DNA from: an uncultured virus (IMG/VR IMGVR_UViG_3300037419_002203)
Lineage: Duplodnaviria > Heunggongvirae > Uroviricota > Caudoviricetes
Reading direction: 5' to 3' (one strand)
DNA: 64,000 nt
IMG/VR virus record: IMGVR_UViG_3300037419_002203
Location: 1-64,000 of that record
How positions within the stretch are numbered: position 1 is the stretch's first letter; every line of letters starts with the position of its first letter. The notes under the pieces are model-generated. The model did not search any database and was not told the DNA's origin. It saw only the letters and a list, made by a program, of their open reading frames with translations. This document shows, in pieces, positions 1-9,218 of the stretch. The translations under genes and the position numbers were made by a program.

Positions 1-664
1 TAGGCGGCGTGTCGTCCGGCCAGTAGTACTCGACCAGCTGCGGCTGGGGTGGCCGGTAGCCGAAGTTGAGACCGTACTGCTTGGCGAGCAGCCCCAATGC
101 TGCACCGGCCAGGTTGGGCAACAGGACGCCCGTGATCGCGTCGGCCGCCACACCCCCGAAGTTGCCTTGCAAGATGTCGGCCAGGATCGTGTCGCGCGTC
201 GAGGGCGACATGTTCGAGAGCACCGCTCCGACGGCCGGAATGTGCTGACCGAACGTGTCGAGCACACTGTCCATGACCTGGACGCCCGTGCCCGGCCACG
301 AGAGCGTGGAGATCACCGCACCGGGGTTTTGGGCGACCGTGTCGATCGCGTCGATACCCTTCTGGTACAGCTCGCCGACGATGCCCTGCACGCCGCTGTC
401 ACCACTGGCGGGTAGGAGTCCCGTCTGGTAGAGCATACCGTCGAGGTAGGTCTGGCCGTCGAGGTAGTTGTTACCGGTGCCCGCCTTCGCCTGTCGGATG
501 CGATGGGCGACGTCCGGGGGCATCTCGTTGTTGTTGGCCGAGGCCAGCAGGGTATCCCCAAGCGTTGGATCCCCGGAGAGTTGGTTGACGCCCAGAACTG
601 TTGGCTGCTTCGTAACAGAAGCAGCCAGGTTCGCGAACTCGGCAGTCAGGAACTCCAGCCCCAT
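1..664 (-). CDS. Hypothetical protein, N-terminal part (runs off left edge)
   Basis: Manually translated: AGGAG RBS, ATG at 664, MGLEFLTAEFANLAASVTKQ... open for 221 codons to the edge; not in ORF track. Confidence 0.8.
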   Translation of the reverse strand, partial: MGLEFLTAEFANLAASVTKQPTVLGVNQLSGDPTLGDTLLASANNNEMPPDVAHRIRQAKAGTGNNYLDGQTYLDGMLYQTGLLPASGDSGVQGIVGELYQKGIDAIDTVAQNPGAVISTLSWPGTGVQVMDSVLDTFGQHIPAVGAVLSNMSPSTRDTILADILQGNFGGVAADAITGVLLPNLAGAALGLLAKQYGLNFGYRPPQPQLVEYYWPDDTPP

Positions 665-673
665 GGGCGTCTC

Positions 674-1135
674 CTACTTCGTGCGGCTTACCGCGGGCGG
701 ATCGGCCGGGGGTGCTGCCTTCTGCGGCGACCAGTTCATGATGAGCGTGAGGGTCAACCCCAGTGCCGACAACCCAACGGTGATCAGGGTCACGTAGGTC
801 GCCGTCGTGTTGGAGTGCATGCTCTTCAGCAGCTCCAGGTGGTTGTGGTTGGTCTCGGCAATGGCCTCTTGAGCGGCATTCACCGCGGTTCCCAGCAGCG
901 CCATCTGCTGCTGGGTCGCATCCAGACGAGCTTGGATCTCGTGCCGCGGCACGAAGCTCTGAGGCAGTGCCTTCAACTCGTTCAAGGTCGCACGAATCTC
1001 GTCGAGCTTCGAGTTCAACACGGCCAGTTGCTGGTTGTTCTGACTGGTCTGCGAGGCCGTCTCTGCCAGGCGCTTGTCCAGCTCCTGCAGCTTCTGCTCC
1101 AGCAAACCAATTCGCTGCTCCAACACTTCGGACAT
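674..1135 (-). CDS. Coiled-coil protein with C-terminal transmembrane helix (XhlA/holin-like architecture)
   Basis: Heptad-rich N-terminus, hydrophobic YVTLITVGLSALGLTLTLIM near C-terminus; AGGAG RBS. Confidence 0.6.
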   Translation of the reverse strand: MSEVLEQRIGLLEQKLQELDKRLAETASQTSQNNQQLAVLNSKLDEIRATLNELKALPQSFVPRHEIQARLDATQQQMALLGTAVNAAQEAIAETNHNHLELLKSMHSNTTATYVTLITVGLSALGLTLTLIMNWSPQKAAPPADPPAVSRTK

Positions 1136-1145
1136 GGGCTTCTCC

Positions 1146-1472
1146 TTACGGCCGCAAGCTATCGAGAACCAACACGCTGAAAAGCCCCGTAGACTGGGAC
1201 TTCCCGTTCTGGAAGGTCACGACAACCTCCCCGGAGTAGGTACCAACAGTGTTGGTGTCGCCGTTCTGCCAGGCATACTCGGCCTTGCCGTCTTCGGCAT
1301 CGGTCACGGTGCAGGCGCGATGGTCGATCAGGAGGTTCGTGGAGTCGGTGCCCATCGAGAACGTGATGGACGAGACGTCTGTCAGGTCGACACAACTTCC
1401 ATCTCGCTTCTTGAGATGGAACTGCAGGATCGGGAGCAAGTCCTTCTTGTAGATGGAAAATTCGATGGCCAT
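1146..1472 (-). CDS. BppU N-terminal-like Ig-fold virion protein
   Basis: Pattern VDLT...VTDAEDGKAEY.W...DT...GTY.GEV.VTF resembles BppU_N domains. Confidence 0.65.
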   Translation of the reverse strand: MAIEFSIYKKDLLPILQFHLKKRDGSCVDLTDVSSITFSMGTDSTNLLIDHRACTVTDAEDGKAEYAWQNGDTNTVGTYSGEVVVTFQNGKSQSTGLFSVLVLDSLRP

Positions 1473-1473
1473 G

Positions 1474-1605
1474 CTAGTCCCCCAGCACCAAGGTCAACAC
1501 GACGGACGGCGTCATCACCAGTGCCAAGGGGGCACTGTCGATCACCAGACCGAGGGTCTGATCGTTCTCGATGATCAGCACGAGCGAAGTCGTAGGATCG
1601 GTCAT
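1474..1605 (-). CDS. Small hypothetical protein (43 aa)
   Basis: GGAGGAG RBS before ATG at 1605; stop abuts next start. Confidence 0.6.
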   Translation of the reverse strand: MTDPTTSLVLIIENDQTLGLVIDSAPLALVMTPSVVLTLVLGD

Positions 1606-1650
1606 CGGCGTGGGGCTCCTCCACGAGCATGGTGGAGTGAAACTGCGTCT

Positions 1651-1692
1651 AACTTCTGGGCGACGCAACCGAAGCTGCGTCGCCCAGAAGTT
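1651..1692. repeat. Perfect 17-bp inverted repeat (hairpin)
   Basis: AACTTCTGGGCGACGCA-8 nt-TGCGTCGCCCAGAAGTT, intergenic; overlaps a candidate late promoter box. Confidence 0.85.
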
Positions 1693-1728
1693 GGAGTGAG
1701 GAGGAGAGGGAAGGAATGGAGCGGAAAA

Positions 1729-2013
1729 CTAGGCACGCGCCTTGTCGAGGACCGTGGTGATCAGCTTCTCGGCCAGCGCCTCGATGTTGGCCGCCACGCC
1801 GTGCAGCATGGCGTCGTTCTCCAGGAGCAGCTTGGCGTACGCGGGGATCTGGGGGATCGCTTCGATGGCCGCCTTGGCATCCTTGACGATGGTTTCGACA
1901 GCAGCCGCTGCATCGGCCGTGGCTTCAGCGGCGTTCAGCTTGCGTTCGACCGCGGCTTCCAGGATCGACGCGATGACCTGCTCCGCGTCCTGCAACAATT
2001 CGTTGGGGGTCAT
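1729..2013 (-). CDS. Hypothetical Ala-rich helical protein
   Basis: AAAGGAG RBS, operon context. Confidence 0.75.
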   Translation of the reverse strand: MTPNELLQDAEQVIASILEAAVERKLNAAEATADAAAAVETIVKDAKAAIEAIPQIPAYAKLLLENDAMLHGVAANIEALAEKLITTVLDKARA

Positions 2014-2075
2014 GGGGATCTCCTTTCAGATCGACATGCCACATGGTGTCGCAAAACCGGGGTAAGAACTGGGCA

Positions 2076-4976
2076 TTACGGCAATGGATCGGCGATTGCT
2101 ACTGGACGTCCGTTGGGTTCGTACAGTGCCACGCTCGCCGTGGAGGTGACCGCCGTACGGGCATCCGTACGGGTCTCGCGCACCACGAGGATCAGACGCC
2201 GTCCCTGGTAGGACACCAGCATTAGCATGACCGTCTCGTGCGCCCCCGCCGTGCTCAAGGCGTCGGACTCCACCAGGAAGCTCGCATCCGCCAGGTCCGA
2301 CAGGTGGAACACGCTGCCCTGCTGGAGTGGCACGCTGCCACAACGGTTCTTGGCAAGAGGCAGATCGCTCAGCACCGAGCGAACCGGCGTATGGTTGATC
2401 AAGGCGATCGCACGGCTGTCGAGGCTGGCCGCCCGCACGAACGGAGCGGTTCCCCAGTCGGGTGCCGCATCGGTGCCGCCCGTGCCCTTGGTGTGCGCCA
2501 CCAGAACCAGGGCCGATACGGCCACCAGTGCCGCGGAAGGGTCCACCGTCAGTGCAAGCGGGACGTGCGACGAGACCGCCACGTTGACATGGTCGGCCGG
2601 AACGAACTCGCGGCCCACCAAGGCGATCATCTGGACCTTGGTGCCGTCGGTCAAGGGTGCCGGGAACGTGAGCGTCACGAGCGGACCCGCGATCACCACG
2701 ATCACCGACAGTGCCAACGACACGGCCACGCCATCCAACAGGATCGAGGCGCACACCGCCGAGGCGATCTTGCCCTTGATCATTCCCGGTGCCGCGAGCG
2801 TCACGGTGTTCGTGCTGCCCTGTGCCACCGTCGAGAGCACGTACGCCTCGGCCAGGTCAGCCACCGAGGAGGCTTCGGCATCCCAGGTACACACCGGCGC
2901 GTCGAGCACGACATCCACCTCGAAGTAGGCGTTGCTCGCCACCGTGGTGCTGCCGCCCAGCACGATCGTGACCGTGCCGTTGCTGTTGCGCTGCGAACTG
3001 AAGAGCGCCGTGGTCACGTTGTTGACCCGCACGTCGATCGGCCACAACACCGTCCGTCCGTACTTCGTCGCGGCGATTGTGTAAGTCGACGTGCCGTTTC
3101 CGGGGATCCGCAGGGTCGCTACAGTGCCCTTGACGGCCGACCCAGGGTTCCACGCGTTGACCGCTTCACCCGTGGCGAGCTGCAACCCCAACGCGGGACC
3201 GCTCAACGTCTGGCTCGAACTGGCTGCGGGCACGGGGTAGATGCGACCCCGAACGTCGGAAGCGCCCAACACGCTGTCGAAGCGTACGGGCACACCACTG
3301 TTCGCCGCGTAGCTCACGCCCAGGACCAGGCGCACATCCGCGTGGGTGGGGGGCACCGCCGGGCGGAACTCCAGGTTGTTGCTCACCACGGCAATGGTGC
3401 CCGCGATGGTAGCGCCCGTGGTGCCATCGTACATGGCCGACTGCCCTGCATCGAAGCTGCCGCCCAGCGTGCTCAACGCGGAGGGCAGGAGCACCGGGTA
3501 GAACGAGCCATCCGTCACCTGCATCACCGGACGCAGTACGGCTTCGGGGCGCACATCCACGTAGTCCAACGTGAGCGACGTCGTGCCGCCATCCACGTAG
3601 ATACGCAGCTCGAAGCTGGTCACCCACGAGGGGAGGTTCAAGATGCTCTGCTGGAGTTGGGGCGTGTTGAAGGGGATCGAGGCCAGGTTCGCGATCGTGA
3701 TGGTCGCCAAGGCGTTGTGCGTGACGGGGTCGGCCACCACGATCAACAGGTTGGCGCCGTTGGCGCTGTGGACGGTGTAGCCCACCTGCACGGCCAACAC
3801 ATCCGTTGCCACCCCCGTGACCGTGGTCTTGATGCCGTAGGGGTCGCCCGAAGGACCGCCGGTACGCTGCATGTCTTCGCCGGTCGAGCCGTGCAGGGCG
3901 AGCACGCCCGTGGCGCTGCCGCTCGTGTAGATCGTCCAACCATCGGGCACGCCGTCGGCGTTGGTGTCCACCTCGAAGTGCGAGTGCTTGATCAGGTTCG
4001 CCGTGATGGCGGTCTTGTCGGCACCCGCCCGGTCCGAACGCCGTGTGCAGTAGGGCACCGTGTCCAGCGCCTGCAGCGTGGTCTGCAACACGCCCCCACC
4101 CAGCTTGTTGGTGAGCACGTCGACCAGCGAGCGGCGGAACAAGATGTCGTCGTTGGGACGCAGCGTGGTGCGCTGGCGCAGATCCACCACCGATCGCACC
4201 ATGTCCACCGCGTCGTTCCACCCACCATCCGGCCGCGTCGACGGCACAGTTTGGCTGGCGACGGGCGCCCCGTTCGGGTTGGTCACGGCATCGTACGCGG
4301 TCGTGTTGTGACGACGCACCCGCGCGATGGGCAGCGCGTAGGTGAAGCGGTACAGCTCGTTGTCCAGCCCCACCTCCGACAGAATGTCATTCTCCAGGCC
4401 GTCGCGCAACGCAACCCACAAGCCGGGATCGGTCGCCAGATCGAAGGCGGAAGGACGCTGCACGTAGACCGCAGCCGTCGTGTTACCCTGCTCGTCATGT
4501 GCGACCACCGTGGGGTCGTCCATGCCATCGGGGTAGCTGCTGAAGTTGACGCCCGAAACCACGCGGAAGCGGTACTGCAAGCTGCGCCCGCTGCCCTCTG
4601 CACGAATGAACCATGCTTCCAGGAAGACCAGGTCATCGCGCGTACCGGTCGTCGGTGGTGCGGGCAAGGTGATCGCCACCTGGTTGCGGGGCAATGGCAG
4701 ACGGTAGCCGTCCAACAGCACCTCTGCCCCGTTGGTCGCGTCGAGGTAGAGCGTGTTGGCGACCGGCGGGCTCACCTCCGCACCCCCGCGCAATACCCCC
4801 GGCGCGAGCCAACCCGAGGGCGCCTGGAGCTTGACCAGGCGCGCCACCTCATCCGTCATCGTGCGGTGCACGACCACGGGAACGCCGGGGATCTCGGCGT
4901 TCTCGTCACGCACGGGAACTTGGCCGGGACCGTTGCCGGTGTCGAGGTAGGAAGCCGGGATCGGGAACGTCGCCAT
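2076..4976 (-). CDS. Large virion/tail structural protein with carbohydrate-binding-like domain
   Basis: 966 aa, beta-rich; RDDLVFLEAW segment typical of myophage baseplate/fibre proteins; NLIKHSHFEVDTNADGVPDGW resembles the start of a CBM/galactose-binding domain. Confidence 0.65.
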   Translation of the reverse strand: MATFPIPASYLDTGNGPGQVPVRDENAEIPGVPVVVHRTMTDEVARLVKLQAPSGWLAPGVLRGGAEVSPPVANTLYLDATNGAEVLLDGYRLPLPRNQVAITLPAPPTTGTRDDLVFLEAWFIRAEGSGRSLQYRFRVVSGVNFSSYPDGMDDPTVVAHDEQGNTTAAVYVQRPSAFDLATDPGLWVALRDGLENDILSEVGLDNELYRFTYALPIARVRRHNTTAYDAVTNPNGAPVASQTVPSTRPDGGWNDAVDMVRSVVDLRQRTTLRPNDDILFRRSLVDVLTNKLGGGVLQTTLQALDTVPYCTRRSDRAGADKTAITANLIKHSHFEVDTNADGVPDGWTIYTSGSATGVLALHGSTGEDMQRTGGPSGDPYGIKTTVTGVATDVLAVQVGYTVHSANGANLLIVVADPVTHNALATITIANLASIPFNTPQLQQSILNLPSWVTSFELRIYVDGGTTSLTLDYVDVRPEAVLRPVMQVTDGSFYPVLLPSALSTLGGSFDAGQSAMYDGTTGATIAGTIAVVSNNLEFRPAVPPTHADVRLVLGVSYAANSGVPVRFDSVLGASDVRGRIYPVPAASSSQTLSGPALGLQLATGEAVNAWNPGSAVKGTVATLRIPGNGTSTYTIAATKYGRTVLWPIDVRVNNVTTALFSSQRNSNGTVTIVLGGSTTVASNAYFEVDVVLDAPVCTWDAEASSVADLAEAYVLSTVAQGSTNTVTLAAPGMIKGKIASAVCASILLDGVAVSLALSVIVVIAGPLVTLTFPAPLTDGTKVQMIALVGREFVPADHVNVAVSSHVPLALTVDPSAALVAVSALVLVAHTKGTGGTDAAPDWGTAPFVRAASLDSRAIALINHTPVRSVLSDLPLAKNRCGSVPLQQGSVFHLSDLADASFLVESDALSTAGAHETVMLMLVSYQGRRLILVVRETRTDARTAVTSTASVALYEPNGRPVAIADPLP

Positions 4977-4985
4977 GAGGATCTC

Positions 4986-5435
4986 CTAAACCACGGGGTT
5001 GTCGTCGCGTGCCAGCTCGTCGGCGACCTGGTCGGACGCACGCGCCCCCGGCAGACGATGCAAGACGCTGTGGAAGACGTCGAGCCGCAGGAAGTCGATC
5101 ACGACATCGATCATCGGATTGTGCCAACCCAAGGCCACCGAGACGCCCTTGACGTTCTGCAGCACGGAGATGACCTCCTTGAGCAGCAGCAGATAGAAGC
5201 ACGCGCTGCCCACATGGTCGACCAGGGGCAACCCGATCCCGCCGAAGAACACCTGCAAGACGGCGAGCACGCTCAGGTAGAGCGACAGCTTCACCAAGAC
5301 CAGTGGAAGTCGGCGCACGTCGAAGCGCTTCTCCAGCACAGCCCGCGGCGTCCCCGTCAACCAGTCAAGCAGCAGCACGAGGTACAGCATCTGTGCCTCG
5401 GAACTCTGCAAGAAGACGAGAAAGGCGGCGTACAT
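4986..5435 (-). CDS. Holin (Phage_holin_4_1/TcdE-like)
   Basis: Three hydrophobic segments, LDWLTG and E.ISVLQN motifs; start reassigned to ATG 5435 (AGGAG RBS). Confidence 0.75.
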   Translation of the reverse strand: MYAAFLVFLQSSEAQMLYLVLLLDWLTGTPRAVLEKRFDVRRLPLVLVKLSLYLSVLAVLQVFFGGIGLPLVDHVGSACFYLLLLKEVISVLQNVKGVSVALGWHNPMIDVVIDFLRLDVFHSVLHRLPGARASDQVADELARDDNPVV

Positions 5436-5442
5436 GGGACTC

Positions 5443-5598
5443 CTAGTTGCCGGAGTTGTTGCTGATGATGCCAGGCCCCGGACCACTCGTGACGAGCGGT
5501 CGGGGCACGGTGGGTGCGGTAGGGCACACGACTTGCGGCGTGCAGCTGACGAACAGCAGGACCGCCGCGACCATGAGCACCGTCGTGATCAGGCGCAT
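5443..5598 (-). CDS. Small Pro-rich lipoprotein (possible o-spanin)
   Basis: Manually translated MRLITTVLMVAAVLLFVSCTPQVVCPTAPTVPRP..., signal peptide with lipobox-like FVSC, AAGGAGG RBS, adjacent to holin. Confidence 0.6.
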   Translation of the reverse strand: MRLITTVLMVAAVLLFVSCTPQVVCPTAPTVPRPLVTSGPGPGIISNNSGN

Positions 5599-5661
5599 CA
5601 CTTCCTCCTTGGGGATAGTAGGCCCGATCGTAGCGAGCGGGGTCGCGTGGGTTCTGGGCGT

Positions 5662-6501
5662 CTACTGGTCGAAGTCGTTGGCGGTGTCCTGGTAGTAGTA
5701 CTGGTGGGAGGTGGCACTGTCCGTCGGGTACACACCCAACCCGGCTACCGGGTAGACTTCGGCCAGGTTCAACACCTTGGCGTAGTCGACCGCGGGGATG
5801 TTGGTCGTACCCGCTCCGGCACTGACACCCAGAACGACCAGGATCTTGGGCTTGGGCAGCGTGATGGCGTTGGGCGCGGGAGGCGCTGGCTTGGTCTTGC
5901 TGATCGCATACTCCAGGCGCCCGTACATCGCCTCCTTGGGCTCGGCGGTCGGCGTGCTGCCCGCGAAGTAGAAGCCGTCCAGCAGAATGACGTCTTGCCC
6001 AGAGCCCGTCCCAATGACCGGATCGGCCAGCGAGTCATAGCTCTCCAATGCGTCCATTGGCTCGGTCGCGGAGACCATCACTTGCAGAGGCGTGCTCGAT
6101 GCGAACTGCGCGTAGGTGTAGGTAACCGCCGCGTTCTGGTTGTCACGCGTGGCCGTGCCCACCCCATCCGAAAAGCCGAACTCGTCGATGAAGAAACCGT
6201 CCAGCACGCCTTGGACCGGCAGCGTGTTCACCCAGTTGTCCGCCTGCACCTTCCACTGGTCGAGGTTGGCCGCGCCGCCCAGCGCGGTGTAGCCAAAGAA
6301 CTTGGCGTTCTCGTTGATCACCTTGACCGCGCGGATGACCTCCGCCAGATCGGCAGCGTCTTGCTCCACCTGGGGCGGCTCCACCACGATGAAGTCGTAG
6401 CGCGCGAGGATCCCGACCGCCCCCAACAGGTTGTTGACACCGCCGATCGTGGTGATCGTCGGGCTCGCGTAGCGGATGAAGTTGTTGCGATCGGTTTGCA
6501 T
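5662..6501 (-). CDS. Putative glycoside hydrolase-like TIM-barrel protein (spherulin-4/GH114-like)
   Basis: KFFGY..LG and DGFFIDE motifs. Confidence 0.55.
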   Translation of the reverse strand: MQTDRNNFIRYASPTITTIGGVNNLLGAVGILARYDFIVVEPPQVEQDAADLAEVIRAVKVINENAKFFGYTALGGAANLDQWKVQADNWVNTLPVQGVLDGFFIDEFGFSDGVGTATRDNQNAAVTYTYAQFASSTPLQVMVSATEPMDALESYDSLADPVIGTGSGQDVILLDGFYFAGSTPTAEPKEAMYGRLEYAISKTKPAPPAPNAITLPKPKILVVLGVSAGAGTTNIPAVDYAKVLNLAEVYPVAGLGVYPTDSATSHQYYYQDTANDFDQ

Positions 6502-6504
6502 GGC

Positions 6505-7362
6505 TTAGATCCTGTTGTAGCTAGGGGACCACGACTGCCAGCTGTAGCCATTCCACCAGTGCCAGCTGTTGTAGCCGTCCATGTAGACCCAGGTGCCGCT
6601 GGGTACCTGGAACATGAGGTAGTTGCCGCCCCAGCTGGACGAACCTGCCTTGATGCCGTAGCTCTTGACCATGGCACAAGCCTCGGGGTACCACTGGAAG
6701 AGCAGCTTCCAGTCGGGATGGTTCTTGGGGTCCTCGAAGCCGGGGATGACGCCGTCCGGTGTGCCGGGACCCGAGGAGCCGCGGGTGTTGCCCGGTGCTT
6801 CGGTCGTGCCGCCGAAGAAGCGACCCGCATTGGCGAACTGCTCCCACGGACCTTCGTGACGCCCGTCCGGCACCGCCCACGGCGCCTGGTTGGGGTCGTA
6901 GGTGGTGTGGTTGGAGCTGATCAGCCTCTCCCACAGGTGGGCCAGCTCTTCGCAGCCCTGCGACTGGTTGCCGTACAGCCCCATCCAGTTGTGGTACGCG
7001 TGGTACCACTCGTGCGAGAGCGCGGCCGGGAACTTGTAGCCGCCGTAGGTCTGCGGATCGAAGTACTGGATGTCGATGTGCGAGCGGTAGTCGGCGTCGC
7101 TGTAGGTCAGCGCCAGCGCGATGTTGGCGTTCGGGAAGGGCAACCACTTCGAGTAGACGTTGACCGTCACGCGGCGCGTGAACTTGTTCGTCAAGTCCGG
7201 TTGGTTGTAGTACTCGTAGGTGTTCGTCCCCAGCTGGTTGATCCAGGCGGTCCACTGGGCGATGGAACCGCACTGGTTGTCGACTGGACCGTAGTCGGAC
7301 TCGTAGTACCGGTTGAGCACGAGCCCATTCGGGAACGTCGTGGTGATGAACTGCTGGGACAT
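6505..7362 (-). CDS. Putative zinc metallopeptidase (zincin)
   Basis: HEWYH (HExxH) plus downstream EQFA; Trp/Tyr-rich C-terminus. Confidence 0.6.
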   Translation of the reverse strand: MSQQFITTTFPNGLVLNRYYESDYGPVDNQCGSIAQWTAWINQLGTNTYEYYNQPDLTNKFTRRVTVNVYSKWLPFPNANIALALTYSDADYRSHIDIQYFDPQTYGGYKFPAALSHEWYHAYHNWMGLYGNQSQGCEELAHLWERLISSNHTTYDPNQAPWAVPDGRHEGPWEQFANAGRFFGGTTEAPGNTRGSSGPGTPDGVIPGFEDPKNHPDWKLLFQWYPEACAMVKSYGIKAGSSSWGGNYLMFQVPSGTWVYMDGYNSWHWWNGYSWQSWSPSYNRI

Positions 7363-7374
7363 GATCGACTCCTG

Positions 7375-8283
7375 TTAGGTGACCTGGGTAGGACCATCCA
7401 CGATGCCCGCACCACCCGCACCACCGGGACCACCGTTGCCACCGGAACCCGAGCCCCCAGTACCGCCCGCACCACCGTTGGCGTGAATGTTGCCGGAGCC
7501 GTTGTTGGTAAAGCTGGTGGTGTAGCGGATCTTGATGGTGCCACCGCCGCCACCACCGCCACCACCGCCGCTGCCCCAGAACGACGTGCCAGAACCAACA
7601 CCGTTCGCGCCTGCCGCACCGTCGGCCGTGATCAGACCGTTGGCACCGATCGTGATGGTGACGGCCCAGATGTCGATGATGCCGCCGCCCGCGCCACCCG
7701 CACCACCGGCACCAGACGTACCACCGCCGTTGCCCGATCCGCCGCCACCGCCGCCCGAGCCACCCGCACCCATGCGACCGCCCGTAGACTCGGTGAACGT
7801 GCTACCAGCCGTACCGCCAGCACCACCGCTGCCCGAACCACCGGTTGTGCCGTTGGTGCCCGCCACGTTGTGCGAACCACCGGCACCACCGCCGCCGCCC
7901 TGGTTGTTACCCGCGCCGTTGTTGTACACACCGGCACCACCGCCCGTGGAGGCCGTGCCCGACGAGGTACCCGCGCCACCCGCGCCACCGGGGTTACCTG
8001 TCGAACTGGTGCTGGCACCGGCGGCGCCACCAGCCAGCCCCAAACCCAGCACGCTGATGGTGCCGTTCACGATTAGGTTGGTGCAACGGATCTTCAGGAG
8101 ACCGGCCGCGCTGAGCGTCAGCGTACCACCCTTCTCGATGAAGATCTCGTTGTACTGCTTGGTCGAGTCATGGTTGATGCTCTGACCCGCGTACACGTAC
8201 AGGTCGGGCAACGGCGTGCCCGACTGGGTCGGGAACACCGTCTGGCTGCCAGGTGCATTAGTCGATCCAGGAATGAACGTCAT
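7375..8283 (-). CDS. Glycine-rich virion/fibre protein
   Basis: Long poly-Gly tracts, GGGIIDIWA..I.I...G.ITADG motif. Confidence 0.7.
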   Translation of the reverse strand: MTFIPGSTNAPGSQTVFPTQSGTPLPDLYVYAGQSINHDSTKQYNEIFIEKGGTLTLSAAGLLKIRCTNLIVNGTISVLGLGLAGGAAGASTSSTGNPGGAGGAGTSSGTASTGGGAGVYNNGAGNNQGGGGGAGGSHNVAGTNGTTGGSGSGGAGGTAGSTFTESTGGRMGAGGSGGGGGGSGNGGGTSGAGGAGGAGGGIIDIWAVTITIGANGLITADGAAGANGVGSGTSFWGSGGGGGGGGGGTIKIRYTTSFTNNGSGNIHANGGAGGTGGSGSGGNGGPGGAGGAGIVDGPTQVT

Positions 8284-8293
8284 GATGATCTCC

Positions 8294-8620
8294 TTAGATC
8301 AGGTACCAGGCGCTGACGCCGTCGTACATCAACGTGATGGACATGCGGTTAAGGGTCATCAAGAGGCTGGTGTCGCCTTCGATCGTGTCACTGCCGCCCG
8401 GCAACACGGTAATGTTATGATTGGTTGCGTCGTTGTTCGCGTCCTTGATGTAGACGATCGCACCAGCTTGAGGAGCGGTGGGAAGCGTCACGGCGAAGGT
8501 GCCCAACACCGCGAGCTTGACCAGCACGGCTTCCCAGGCAGCAGCCGTGTAGGTACTACCTGTCGTCTTGATGACAGGCGTCAGGAAGTTTTCCAGCTCT
8601 CGTGCAGAAATCTTGCCCAC
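8294..8620 (-). CDS. Small tail-fibre-associated domain protein
   Basis: VTLP..P..G..V.IKD....A..HNITV...G.DTIEG domain, also present in three other ORFs here. Confidence 0.65.
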   Translation of the reverse strand: MGKISARELENFLTPVIKTTGSTYTAAAWEAVLVKLAVLGTFAVTLPTAPQAGAIVYIKDANNDATNHNITVLPGGSDTIEGDTSLLMTLNRMSITLMYDGVSAWYLI

Positions 8621-8629
8621 GGTGCTCTC

Positions 8630-8917
8630 CTAGGTGTAGATCTCAACGAATCCTACGGCGAGAGCTACGGCTGTGATGTAACCCTTGATGTAATCAGGAG
8701 TTGCCAGATTGGGATCGGACGGGATGCGGGAGTTGAAGGTCAGTTCGTACTTGGCACCTGCCGGTCCACTGCAGCTCACGTACTGCGGATGCTCGCGCAG
8801 ACCATGCATGAAGGCGTCTTCGTCAGCCAGCAACCAGGTTGGGCGTGGACCCTCGGGATTCGGGGGAAGGTGAAGCGTGTAGACGTTGTCCTCCGCGTCG
8901 ATCTGCAGGTCGAACAC
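8630..8917 (-). CDS. Hypothetical protein
   Basis: Start overlaps upstream stop; operon context. Confidence 0.65.
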   Translation of the reverse strand: MFDLQIDAEDNVYTLHLPPNPEGPRPTWLLADEDAFMHGLREHPQYVSCSGPAGAKYELTFNSRIPSDPNLATPDYIKGYITAVALAVGFVEIYT

Positions 8918-9156
8918 TACTTCGCCTTCTTGTTGAGCTTGGGTGGGGTAACGGGTTCTGGCTCCACAGGAGCAGGCTTGCTGAACGTTTTGGTCTCGTG
9001 GTTGTACACGTCACCCAGCTCTACATCCGGCTGATCCGTCACTTCGATGGGATCGGGGTAGTCCTCGTGGCTCTCGAAAACCGGCACCAGGTCGTCGAAG
9101 CGCTCCAAGAAGCACTTGACCACGTTATCCTTGGTAAGTTCGGCATACCTGCGCAT
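8917..9156 (-). CDS. Small hypothetical protein (fibre-chaperone-like)
   Basis: RYAEL..NVV...VELGDVY....F.KP pattern common downstream of fibre genes; AAGGAG RBS. Confidence 0.65.
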   Translation of the reverse strand: MRRYAELTKDNVVKCFLERFDDLVPVFESHEDYPDPIEVTDQPDVELGDVYNHETKTFSKPAPVEPEPVTPPKLNKKAK

Positions 9157-9218
9157 AGTGGGGATCTCCTTGAGAATTTAGTGTCGCGCGGACTCGCGCA
9201 CAAGAAGTGCGCGAGTTG

